This document shows, one piece after another, positions 11,142 to 22,873 of a stretch of 35,633 bases of DNA (positions within the stretch are counted from its first letter, which is position 1; each line of letters begins with the position of its first letter). Source of the DNA: Parvularia atlantis. Its lineage: Eukaryota. The DNA lies in NCBI GenBank assembly GCA_943704415.1, contig CALSCO010000759.1, positions 1 to 35,633 of the forward strand, read 5' to 3'. Position numbers and translations under genes: made by a program. The notes beneath the pieces are model-generated. The model was not told the DNA's origin. It did not search any database and worked only from the letters and a program-made list of their open reading frames with translations.

Positions 11142-14100
11142 TCACCAGCTGCTCTCAAAGCGCTCGACGTTGGCCGCCGCGTCCTTGAGGTCCTTGCGCA
11201 CGCGCGAGCGCATGTAGAAGATGGGCTGCGCGCGTGCGTCAGGCCAAGAGAACGAGCGCGCACAGGCGCGGCACGCACGCAGTCGCGCGCCGTGCACAGC
11301 ACGTCGTTTACGAGCGAGCCCTGGCAGCGCTGGCACTGCGCGTCCGGTTCAGTGCCAGCAGCTGGAGAACACACGGCGGGCGCGCACTTGCGTCCATAGC
11401 CGCGAGAAGCGCTCCTCAAGGTCGTTCGACGAGTGCAGGTACTTCTGGTACAGCTCGGCCTCGCGCGGCTTGCAGTGTTTGCACAGCGCCTTTTCTGTGG
11501 GCGTGCAGTGAGCCGCCGCTTGCGCCGGACCGACAGACGCACCGCCCTTGCCCAGCGGCGTCTTGCACCCGAGGCAGGTCAACGTGCGCTCCACAAACTT
11601 CATCAGGCCGCCCACGGTCGGTGTGGCGACGGCGATCGTGCGCGTGTGGTCGCCAGCTGCGCCGCACGTTCGGGCGCGCCGTCAGACGACGGCAGCGGCA
11701 GCGGCAGCGGCGGCACGCAGGCACGCACACAGCAGCGAGCTCGCCTTGTCGCCCATGATCGGCTCGAAGATGCGCAGCAGCGGCTTGGACAGCTGGTTGT
11801 CGAGGTAGTACTTGACGTCTATCGGCAGGTTGTTCTCGAGCACGAAGATTGGGTCCTCCGCTTTCTGCGCGCGTGGGGTCTCGTCAGCACTCTATGGTCG
11901 CACGACCGCAGCGCACCTCGTACGCCGCCGCGCCCTTCACGCCCTTGATGATCACGTACGGCACGCGGTCGCCCATTGCCGGCGCAGACGCTGTGCGCGG
12001 CAGCGTACGGCTCAGCGACGTCGCGCGGAGGCCACGGCCGCCGCGGCACCTGCGTCGCGCTTGCGCATCTTCTCGGCCAGCTCGACGTGCGCCTGCTTGC
12101 CGGCGTAGTCGTCCTCTGTGGCGCGCGCGGTGTCAGACGAGTGGCCCGCCCGTTGGCCGAGGCGGTCGCGCGCACCGGACTTGCTGAGCGACTTGGAGAT
12201 GACGAGTTGCGACATGTCGATCTTGTTCTGCAGCAGGTCAGAGATGGTCTGCTTGGCGTACTCGATCGCCCCGTTCACATTCTGGTCGATCAGGATCCTG
12301 CGCAGGCACGTGTCGATCAGGCTCTTGGCGAGCGCGCAGTTGTCGCGGCGCACGGTCTGCGGCGCGCTGAGCACAACGCGGCACACGCACGGCAGACACG
12401 CGCGCGCACCTCGATGCCCTTGGCGTCCATCTTGTCGTGCCTGGTCGGGTTGGACCAGTACAGGCCCGCGTAGCGCTTTTTGCTGATGAGCAAGTACGGG
12501 AAGTACACCTTCTCAAACTCGAGGTTGATCGGCTTGATGAACTGCTCCGTCACAAACTTGGCCGCCTCGCGCCCTGCGCCGTCTCAGCGGCCACCTCGCA
12601 TCTTGGCCTGCCCAGCGCGCACCGAGCACCATCGCCTCGTCGACCGTCGTCACGCCAAACTTGACCATGACCGAGTCCGTGTCGCCGTAGATCACCTTGG
12701 CATCGTGCGCGTAGCCGTTGTGCATGTTGAAGCGCGCCTCGACGGTCTGCGCAGGCACTCAGCAGCGCAGCACAAAGGGCGCTGCGTGTGCCGCGCACCG
12801 ACTTGGTGAAGTCGATCATCTGCCGCCCGAACGCCGTGACTGACTTGGAGATCTGCAGACACGGCAGCTTGCCCACGGTCGCGCCGGTGAAGCCGTAGAC
12901 CGAGTTTGCGCTGATCTGCGGTGCCGGGAGGGCTTGGCGGGCGCGTGGCGGGGCAGGCACACGCGTCGCACACCTTGAGCGCGAGCTGGCGGCCGTCGAG
13001 CACAGCGCGCTTGAACGGATCCGTTTCCTTCTTCAGGTCCGCCTTGGCGCGCTTGCGGGCCGAGAGCAGGTCCTCGAGCACCTCTGGCAGGAGGCCCTTG
13101 CGCACGCTCGCCTTGACAAAGATGTCTGCTTCGCGTCAGCAGGTGCGCGAGTGCTGACCGCACAGGGCGTACCACCGCTGGGCGTCTTGATGTACTGGTC
13201 GGGCTGGAGGCCGTGCTGTGCCACGTTCTGCGCGCTGCTGAGCGTCGAGTAGCACAGATTGTGCGCCATCATGATCGACGGGTACAGCGAGCTACGCCGC
13301 GCTCGGTGAGCCCATGCGAAGCTCAGGCGCTGCGAGCGTGCGCGCGCACCTGAAGTCGAGCGTCGCAATCGGCACGTTGTAAAAGCCTGTCAGCGGCTCC
13401 AGGACCGTCGCGCCTTCGTACTGCTCCTCCGTGCCTGCGGGCGCGGCGGGTGAGCGGGAGGCTGCGGCGGGGCTGCACAGATGGCGCACCCTCGGCCTTC
13501 ATCGCGGGGATGACCAGGTTCTTCTCGAGCGCCTTGCGGTACAGCTGCGAGATGACCTGCGCGGAGCGCTGCTCAGCCGCGTGCGGCGAGCAGAGCTCAG
13601 AAGCACCTTGATCTGCTGCCCTCGCGTGAGCAGGTAGTTGAACGGCACGCCCGTCACGCGCGCCATCTCAATGTAGTTGACGACGCACATGAGCTTGTCG
13701 AGGAGCCTGTGCGCGTGGCCGGTCAGGCGCGCGCATCCGGGCAGCCGCACGGCGCGCGCCTCTGTGGCAGGTACGCGTCCTTGAGGCAGTAGATGGCCAG
13801 GCGGCGGCGTGTCTCGTTGTTGCCGTTCTGCAGATCCGAGATGATCGAGTGGTGCACGTCCTCCTTCTGCTCACCTGCAGGCAGCAGTCAGCGAGCGATG
13901 CCAGACAGGCCGCGCGGCGCACCGAGAAACTCGGCGCTGACGGCGTTGAGCGTGTACGAGCGCAGCTTGTAGTCGCGCTGAATGATCTGTAACACGTCAA
14001 ATTGCACACGCCCAAAGATCGCTGCCGCGGTGCAGCGCGTGAGCACACGCCGCCCCGCACACGGCACAAGCGCGCGCTCGCACCAATGTCCTTGCTTTCG

Positions 14101-16088
14101 CGCGTGCCGTACGCCTTGGACGAGAACAGCGTGTCCTTCATGCTCGACTTGATGCCTGGCACGGGGCCCGTCAGCGGCCGACGCGCACGCACGGCACGCG
14201 GCGCACCTCGCACGCGGCCCAGCTGCGAGACGTGGTCGCCGATCTTTAGTGCGTCGGCGCGGTTGAGCAGGTACGGCAGGTCAAAGTTGGTCGTGTTATA
14301 GCCCGTGATCACGTCCGGGTCCGACTGCGCGCGCGCGCAATGTCAGCCCGTGCGCCACAAGGCCGCGCGAGAACGCACGAGGATGATAAAGTCGCGCCAG
14401 GCCTTGAGCATGTCGGCCTCGGACTCGAAGCTGAGCACGTCGGCGCCGGCGATGCTCGCGCAGGCCTTGAGCGTGAAGATGTTGCGCACGCGCGGCTTGG
14501 TCTCGCCTGGCGCACGCATCGCAGGCGTGTCAGCTGCTGCTGCGGTGCGCCGGCACGGACGCACCCTGCAGCGTGATCATGTTGGCGATCTGGATCACGG
14601 GGTCCTTGTCGGCCTCGGGGAAGTGCCCCTTGCGGCCCGCGCACTCGATGTCTGCCCCGGGTAACGTTGAGCGTGCGCACACGCAGGCACAGCGGTTGGC
14701 GCCGCACCGAAACTGAGGATGCGCAGCGGCGCGATGACGGACCACTCGTCCTCGATCGAGTGCGACACAAAGTCGTTCCAGCTGCGCGTCCCTGCCCCAT
14801 TAGCACGCGCGGCCTCGTGCGCGCCCCCCAGGGCCTACGCACGCGATGTCAGCCTCGATCTGGCAGAAGCTCGTCTTGGTACTGCGCAGCTTGTACTTGC
14901 TCGGCGGGAGCTCGATCCAGCCGGCGCCGGGAACGGCGCGGTCGATCATGAAGCGAAGGACGTACTCGATGTTGCTCTCGTACGTCTAGTGCGCATGAGA
15001 CGTGCGCGCGTGCGGCAGGAGGCGTCGGCACACCTGCAACGCGATACTGCCGTACGGGTGGCACGAGAAGCCGCGGTCAAAGATGCCTGGTGCGCGGACG
15101 CCGCAGTGCGTGAGCAAAGGCGGTTCCGTGTGTGCGCACGCGCCGCGCCGCACGCACCCTTGACCTTGGAGATCTGCGAGGGCAGGGCCGTGTAGACGCG
15201 GATGAATGGAATCTTGCGGTTGCCGTGGAAGCCGTAGATGCTGCGCGCCGGCGCCAGTGCGTGAGGCGGCGAGCCGGCCCTTGTGTGGTGACGCAGGCGC
15301 ACCTCTCCTTCTGCGCGACCTCGAGCTGTATCCGCACGTCGCTCGCCCGGTTGAGTGCCAGCTGTTCCTGTGCACGGGGCGGGCGGCGTGAGCGGGCGGG
15401 CGCGGCCGGCGCGTGTCACACGCACGACGAGCGCGTGGTGGATGCTGCCGAGGTGCGACGGGTCGAAGTTCATCGGCGCGGGCACGTAGAAGTACGGGCG
15501 GAAGCCGTGGACGTGGCACAGGACGCTGTTGCCCGCCTTGGTCACGCCGTAGAAGCGGATGATGGGCGCGTTCGTGGCCGGGTCGGCGCCGGCGCTCGAG
15601 TAGGCCCGGTGCATCTCGGGCGGGGCCTTGCCCATGTAGAAGTCGGTGTCCATCTGCTGAAAGACTGCGGCGCGGGCGTGTCAGCGCGGACGTGGTGCGC
15701 TGATGCGGCCGGTGGGCGCGCACCGATCGCGTGCTCGTGCTCGTCGAGGGCGGGCGCGGCGGGGCGCGTCCAGTGCCGCCGCATGTTCTCGTCATCGGGC
15801 GCGGGTGCGGGCGCGGCTGCTGCTGCCACCGCTGCGGCCACGGCGTCGCTCTCGGCGGCCTCCATCATCGCGTCCATCTCCGCCATGTCTGGTGCGCGGG
15901 GCGCGCGCGCGGATGGGCACGCGCTGCGCTCGCGACACGCGACGCCGGCGAGGCGCACCCATGTCCATCATCTCGTCCACGTCGTCGTAGTCGCCGTCGG
16001 CGCCCGGGCGCGGCTGGCGCGGCCGCTTGGACGCGTCGCTGCCGGGCGTGCTGTCGGCGCCGCGCTTGGCGCCGGTCGCGCTGGCCAT
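11142..16088 (-). CDS. POLD1: DNA polymerase delta catalytic subunit, 29 introns
   Basis: Exonuclease motifs LSF|DIEC and [14 protein letters not shown]. Polymerase motifs [44 protein letters not shown] and KKRYAG. CysA CLGC...CKHC and CysB CQRC...CTARDC. All 29 introns could be spliced in frame. ATG at 16088 (MASATGAKR), stop at 11142. Confidence 0.98.
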
Positions 16089-16133
16089 CGGTGGCGGCGA
16101 AGAGGCGGTCGGATGCGGCGGATGCGGCGGCGC

Positions 16134-16172
16134 TTCAAATCGCGCGCGCTTTTTTTGTTTTTTCGCGCCAAA
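16134..16172. promoter_or_regulatory. Candidate cell-cycle elements in the POLD1/SIVA1 bidirectional promoter: E2F site TTTCGCGCCAAA (16161-16172) and CHR-like TTTGAA (minus strand, 16134-16139)
   Basis: Exact match to the overlapping-inverted E2F consensus TTTSSCGC, inside a 109-bp divergent intergenic region that is AT-rich relative to the rest of the window. Confidence 0.6.
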
Positions 16173-16197
16173 AAAGTCAAACGGCTTCCTCGGCAAG

Positions 16198-16977
16198 ATG
16201 GACTTCGAGCTGGCGCGCGCGCACACACCCTCGCCGCCCGCTGCCGAGACCGGTGGCGGCGGTAGCGGCGGCAAGCGGCGCAACCCGTTCCAGGCCGAGA
16301 CGTCGCCGGTGCAGCTCAAGCTGTCGCGCGGCGGCAACTGGTCCATGCCCGACTACCACGGTGCGCGCAGTGCCCGCCATGCGTGCTCGCCGCGTGCTGA
16401 CCCGAGCCGGCAGTGCGCGCGTACACGGACGTGCTGATGGCGGCGGCGCACCAGCACGCGCCCGCGGTGCGTCGCGCGGCAGCCGCGAGCAGCCGCGACG
16501 GGAGGCTGACGGAGGAGACGCAGGCGGTCGCGGCGCCCGCCGTCGTCGTCGTCGCGTGCACCGGGTGCCGGCGGCCGATGCAGTGCGTCAGCTGCACGTT
16601 CTGCGCGCGCAACGTCTGCGGCTCGTGCTCGCGGCAGTGCGAGATGTGCTGCGACGTCTTCTGCGGCACGTGCTCGACGATCAAGTGCGCGCAAGCGTGC
16701 GCGTCGCACTGTCTCACGCCACAACGCGCGCAGCTACGACACGAGCTACGACCGCGTGTTCTGCCTGACGTGCAACGAGAGCGCGCGGCACGGGCACCCG
16801 GGCACGCCCGTCGCCCTCGAGCTGGGCCCGCGCAGCGCGAGCGCACCCATCCGCGTCGGCGGCAGCCAGTGGACCGTTCCCGCGAGCTCGTCGTCGCCGA
16901 CGTCATCGCCACCGCACCCGTCGGCGCACGCGTTCGCGCGGCGGCAGCGCTCCTCGCCGCCGGCCTCCATGTGGTAG
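16198..16977 (+). CDS. SIVA1: Apoptosis regulatory protein Siva homolog (zinc-finger), 2 introns
   Basis: KRRNPFQAETSPVQLK resembles the SIVA N-terminal KRxxPFxxxxPLQLK motif. DGRL is present, followed by the Cys array CTGC...CTFCARNVCGSCSRQCEMCCDVFCGTCSTIN|YDTSYDRVFCLTC, matching the Siva C-terminal zinc fingers. Stop TAG 16975-16977. Confidence 0.8.
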
Positions 16978-17014
16978 CGCCCGGGATGTGTGTGTGGCTG
17001 TGCATGTACTACGA

Positions 17015-18029
17015 TCACGCCCGCGACCAGAACGCGTTCGCGAGGATGCCCGGCGCGTGCTCGGCCGTCACGGCACCCGTTGCGTCGTCCCGCCGCAGGT
17101 AGTAGATGCGCTCGCCAAGCGCGTGCTCGGCGATGTAGGCGCGCAGGCGGTCGTAGTGCATCGCGACGTCGTTGGGCCCGTGGCAGTCGTCCGAGAGCGC
17201 AAACCGCCCGCCCTCTTCAACGATGACCTGCCAGCCCGGTCAGCTGATGCAGCAGCACAAGCTGCGGCCGCACCGCGAGGCTGTCGGGCATCGGGTAGGC
17301 CGACGGGATGCCCTTCTTGAATGCGCGCGAGTTGAGCTCGAAGAGCGCGCCGTAAGCCACGGCGACGCGCACGTTGCGCCGGATGCGCGCGAGCACATCG
17401 GGCGCGTAGGCCTGCGCCGGCACGTACATCTTGATCAAGTCAAAGTGGCCGATGACGGGCGGGCGGAGCGCCTCGAGCATCGCGAGCTGCGCGTCGTAGT
17501 AGGCAGCAAACAGGCCGTTGAGCGCTTCCACGTCGGAGCCGCCGGGGCTGCGGTGGCGCGCCAGGGCCGTGTAGAACAGCTCGCGCGAGAAGTCGATCGG
17601 GATCTCGTGTACGTGGTGCACCGAGCCGACAAAGTAGTCGAGCCGGTGCTCGTCGACCACGGCGCGGACGTGCTCGGCAAAGTCGGGCGTGATCCAGTCG
17701 CTCTCGCAGCCGACCAGCAGCCGGATGCGCTCCGCGTGCTCGCGCTGCAGCCGGCGCGCCTCGGCCACGAACGCTGCGTACATCGCGTGCAGGTCGGCCG
17801 GTGTCAGTCCGGCCTCGTCGGCGTACAAGTCCTGCGCGCGGTAGCGCGGCATGTGCTCCGACAGGCCGTACGTCTCGAACCCTGCGGCGAGCGGCCTTGG
17901 TCACCTCGCACGCGCCATCGCGCACCATCGCACCGCACCGCGCGCGATCGCCGCCTCCACCACCGCCGCGAGCGCGCCGTGGCCGTGGCGGCAGAACGAG
18001 CCGCTGTGTGAGTGATGCGAGTGCGGCAT
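17015..18029 (-). CDS. HIS2: Histidinol-phosphate phosphatase, PHP family (fungal His2/HisJ type), 2 introns
   Basis: MPHSHHSHSGSFCRHG, YGLSEHMPR, LLVGCESDW, VGSVHHV, VIGHFDL, FELNS and ALSDDCHG. These are the PHP metal-binding motifs as found in yeast His2. Confidence 0.92.
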
Positions 18030-18079
18030 GCGTCCCAGTAACTATCGAAACGAACTGTGACACGGACCGTCAGAACGTC

Positions 18080-20597
18080 ATGCTGCTCGACCTTGCTGAG
18101 GCCGCCCTGCGCGCCACGGCGCCCGCGCTGGCCGTACGCGCGCTCTGTGCGCTGCTGGCGCAGCAGCCACCCGATATGTCGCCGGTCGAGCTGCGCGCGC
18201 GCGTTCTGCTCGCGCGGACGCTGCTGCGGTGCGGCCCCACTCGCGACCGTTTGTGGCGCCACAAAACGCGCGCGCGCGCGCAGGTACTCGCGCGACGCCA
18301 AGGCGGCGGTGCGCCACGCCGAGCGGGCGGTGCGTGCTCGTGCCGTGTGCGACGCGCGGCTGACGCGCGGCGACGCAGTACTCGCTCGCGAAGCAGGCGC
18401 GTCCGCACGAGACGGCGCCAGCCAGGCGGTCTGTAACGGCGCGTCGCGTCAGTTCGCCGACCGCGTCGGGACCCTCGAGACGGCCGAGCTGCTGGCCGAG
18501 GCGCTCGTACGGGACGAGCGCGTCGGGCACGCGCGCACGATCCTGCGCGACGCGCTCGCCGAGGCAATCGGGTGCAGCGCATCGCATCGTTTTCTTGACC
18601 ACGTTGACCGCGCGCCACAGATTGCACCGCGACGACTGGGCCGTGCGGCTGTCGCTGCGCCTGGCCGAGCTGTTCCACCGCGCGCGCGCGCACAGCGACA
18701 GCGACGCTGTGCTCGCGGCCGCGCTCGCCGAGCAGTCCAACGCGGCCGCCAGGGCGATCCTGCTCTGCGCACAGCTGCAGCTCGCTGCCACGCGCTTCCC
18801 GGCCGAGACCGCGCGCGTGGACGAGCTGATGACCGAGCTCAACACGCTGTTCCTGGCGCAGGTGCGCGGTGCTCGTTGCCGCACGCACGTGTGTCAGCAG
18901 AGCCGAGCGCCGCGCGCAACAGAACTTGACCCAATCGGGCATGTACGTGCACTACTGCATCGTCGCGACGCTCGCGCTGCTGCAGACGCACCGGCTCATC
19001 GAGGCGCACGCGATGGTGCGTGCCGCGGCTGCTGCCTGCGTGCTTAACTAGGCGTGCGCGCGCTGACCAACGTGCAGCTCGCCAACGTGCCCGAGGCCTG
19101 GCGCGCACCCGAGACTGCGCAGGAGCTCGAGCGGCTGACGGCAACGCAGACCAACATGTTCTGCATGCCCGTGATCGCGAGCACGCCGGGCCTCGTCGCG
19201 GCACTGCACCAGCTGCTCGAGGGCGCGCTGCGCATGCTCCGCGACCCGGCCGTCGCGCTCGAGAGCATGCACGCCTGCGTCGCCACGCTCGACAAGGGTG
19301 CGGCTGCTGTCCAGGCGGCTAGTGCGCGTTACGCTGACCGTGCGATCGCAGCGCTGAGCAGCTGCTGCTCGCTCGAGCACCGCGCCATCCTGCGCCTGCT
19401 GCAGTATATCGCGCACCGGCTCAGCTGCTGCCTGGCCGTGGCCCTGGGCGTGTACAACAAGGCGTTCGAGGTGCGCGCGGGACATGCACGCCGGTCAGTG
19501 ACACGGGCTGGCGCGCGGCAGCACATGCGCGGGTGCCTCGACGTGCGCAACGACGCGGGCGTGTCGCAGGAGCAGTGGCACGTCGACCGCCAGGTGTTGG
19601 CAGCGTTGATCGAGCACCGCGTCGACGCGCGCGAGAGCACGCTGCAGCGGTGGCTGTGGGTCGCGCAGGTGCGGCCGCGACGCGACTGTACGACGCACTG
19701 CTGAGTACCGTCAAACAGAACGCGGCCGGCCAGCCTGTCGGCGTGTTTGCCGCACTGCACGCGCACCAGATGCTCGTGGCCAACGACCTGCCAGTGCGAC
19801 GCGGCGCGCGTTGTTCGTGCGCACGCTCATTCGTCGCGGCCGCGCTAGACGAGCGCCGTCACCGACAAGGCGAGGCGAGTGGTCGGCCAGCTGCCGAGCC
19901 TGTGCGCCAGCGCCGGCGACAGGCACTACCAAGCGGCGGTCGTGGTGCTGGACGCGCTCGAGGCGCTGTGCAACGGCGCGCGCACTGAGTGCCGGTGCGG
20001 ACGCGGGCCGGGCGGCTGACGTGCCCGCAGTCTGAGTGCGACGCGCAGGCAGAAGCTGCAGCAGTACAACAGCCTGCAGCCGCCGCAGTCGTCGGACGTG
20101 AATGTGCGTTGGGGTCCGCTGTGTATGCGTGCGTTCGACTGACTGGCTGCTTGTGCGATGGCAGGAGGGCGTCAACGACGCTGTGTGCCGCGCAGCTGGG
20201 CGGTGCCGCGCGACCGCTGACGGTCGCTGCGCAGGTGGTTGCGTTTGCGTGCCTGACGGTCGCGGAGCTGTACGAGCACAAGGACGACGCGACGACAATG
20301 CGCGCGCTTTTCAAGGCTGGCCTCGTGGCCGAGAAGAACCACCTGTACGGCGTGCTCCAAACGACGTTGATGCGCATGGCCGGTGCGCCTGCCTCCCTTG
20401 CGCTGCGGCCGACGCTGCTGACAATGTGCAACGCGCGCGTAGAGGCCACGCGCGCATTGGGCAACGCCGCCAACGCGAGCGAGCTCCTGGCACAGGCCAG
20501 CGAGTGCGGCAACAAGGCCGCGGAGGCGCTGGCGCGCAAGCGCAAGTTTGCCGAGACGAGCGACATGAGGCTGCCGCCCGTGCCGAAGAGCCCCTGA
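18080..20597 (+). CDS. MAU2: Cohesin loader subunit MAU2/Scc4-like TPR protein, about 14 introns
   Basis: The N-terminus LLDLAEAALR...AVRALCALL...VELRARVLLARTLLR|YSRDAKAAVRHAERA|YSLAKQ parallels the MAU2/Scc4 N-terminus (LLxFAE...EARTHLQLGxxLxxHTxNxxxARxHLEKA). The rest is all-helical and ends with a basic RKRK motif. One internal splice site near 19980-20030 is ambiguous. Confidence 0.68.
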
Positions 20598-20736
20598 GCC
20601 TGTGCGGGTCGTTTGCATGATCAGAACATAGGCTTAGGCCTAAGGGAGCGATTAAAATGGTATGCGCCGTCTGCGAGAGCTGCGTCAGACGCGCGCGTGA
20701 AACGTGCATCACGTGCAGCAGGCGCACCGATGATCT

Positions 20737-22761
20737 TCACATGGCGAACGCCGCGGCCGCAAAGAGGATGTCGTGGAAGATGTCGTTGATGCTGCCGACC
20801 GCCGAGGCCGCCCCGAAGACCAGCGGCGCCTGCAGGCCCGCGGCCATCTTGCGCGCGGCGACGGTGATCGTCACCTGCGCGCACGGCTGCTGAGACTCTC
20901 GCGCGGCTGGGCGCAACCGGCGCACCTTGACGTCGAAAGCCTGCTTGGAGAAGACGTCGTTCTTCATCCCGAGCAGGAAGACACGCGTGCCCTCGTTGTA
21001 CGTGCGCACGTGGCGGTGCCAGAGCGGCACGGCCTCCATCGCGTCCAGGCCCTGGCACAGGTCGAAAGTGATGATAATGCAGTTGGCCTTCGCGAAGACG
21101 TGCGAGCGCATGTGCGGCGTCGCGGGCGCGTCGACCGTGCCCGTGCTCTCCCTGCGCCGCCGCACTGTGGTGGTGAGCCGCAGGCCGGCGTACGTGCCGA
21201 GCGCGCACCAGATCTCGATGATGCAGTCGCCGTCGTCCTCGTCCGGGTCTACCACGCGCCTGCACTGCACCTGCAGCCCGCGCGTCGGATGGTACGCCTG
21301 TTGCGCGCCCACGTCAGCGCCAGCAGTATGGCGTCGCCAATGCCACCGACGCGCCTCGGAGAAGGTGCCGTCGACAAAGGCGTTGATCAGGCTCGACTTG
21401 CCGCTGCTCGTGTCGCCCACAACAACGACCTTGAGCACGGGCGCGTCGACGCCCTTGCGCCGCGTGCCGCGCAGGCTGAGGCTGGCGAGGCTGCGGCGCG
21501 ACTGCACCGGAGTGCGGCTGAGCGACACGGAGCGTGGCGGCGCAGAACGCGTTACGCACGTGCCGCGAGCTGTCAGACGTGACGGACGAGACCGACATCT
21601 TGCGCTGGGGCACAATGTCGCCGGGCCCGCGCGCCTCCGAGTTGAGGCTGTGCGTCGACTGGCTGCGCTCGGACCCGGCGCGCGCGAGCGGGTGCAGCTG
21701 GCCGTTGCTTTCTGGCGTGCTCTCGGTGCGAGAAACGGCGTCTGCTGCGCGCGTCAGACCGCCGAGCGGCGGGCTGCAGCGCCCAACGCACCCTTGCGCG
21801 GGCCGCTGGAGGCCGAGCGCTTGAGCGAGCGGTCGGAGCCGGCGCGCGGACGGATCGTCTTGGCGCCGTGCCCGTTGACCTCGTCCGGCACCGTCAGGGA
21901 CGACGACGAGTCAAAGCTCGGGTCGATGCTGAGGCTGCTGCGCGGTGCCTCGACGAACGGCGCCGGTGTTGGTGCCGGTACCGCTGCTGCTAACGCCGGC
22001 TCGTCCTGCAGCTGCGGCTGCGGCGGCAGCGGCTCGTCGTCCTGGGCCATCCGCGCGTCGCGCACGGCGGCCGAGAGCGACGGGCGCCCGCGCGGGATCG
22101 TGCGCAGCGACACGGCGCGCTGCAGGAAGCTCTTGCGCGCGGGCTTGGCCTCGGACGGCTCGGCGACGTCGGCGTCGGCGTCGGCGGCCGCGGCGAGCGG
22201 CGGGCTGCCGACGTTGGGCGAGGCGGGCGGCGAGGCGGGCGCGGACGCGGCGTCGTGCTCGGCGTGCGGTGCGGGCGCGGGCGCGGGCGCGGGCGCGGCA
22301 GCCGGCGACATGCGCCGCATGACGCGCGAGAAGGCGTTGCGCAGCGACAGCGACGACGAGCGGCGCACGCCCGCGGGCGAGGGCGAGTCGTTGAGCGGCT
22401 GTTGTTGTGTTGGCGGCTGCTGCTGCTGCTGCGAAGGCGTTGCGGGATCCGCGTCCATCACGACCACCGCGGGCACGCCCGGTGCGGCCGTGCCGCCGCC
22501 CTCGGCGCCCGGGCTGCGCTCGCGCCGCCGCGCCGAGGCCGGCGTGGTGGGCGTGGTGGGCGTGGCCGCGTGCTCGCTCTTGAGGCTGCTCGACCGCGCG
22601 TGGCCGGCCCCGGGCGACGGCGAGCCGGTCGTGAGCGGGCTGGGCGCGGGCGGCGACAGCGCGCCCTCAGTCCCCGCGGTGGTGGCGGCGGTGCGGCGCC
22701 GTGTGCTGCCAGCGCGACGAACAGACGCCTTGCGCGTAGGCGTGACAGCAACCCCGTCCAT
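20737..22761 (-). CDS. Ras-superfamily GTPase-like protein (Tem1/Spg1-like domain) with a long disordered N-terminal extension, about 5 introns
   Basis: LKVVVVGDTSSGKSSL (G1), YHPTRG (G2), IW|ESTGT (degenerate G3), ITFDL, LLGMKND (G4) and a C-terminal ITVAARKMAAGLQAPLVF...INDIF resembling Tem1/Spg1. About 400 aa of Ser/Pro/Ala-rich sequence lies upstream. The start ATG at 22761 is inferred. Confidence 0.72.
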
Positions 22762-22873
22762 GCCAGACTTATTTCTGGACACGCCGGACCACGCGCTCTC
22801 CGCGCCGCCGCCGAGGCAGCCGCAGCGGAAGCAGCCGCAGCCGCAGCCGCAGCGCGTGGACAGGGGCGTGCGG

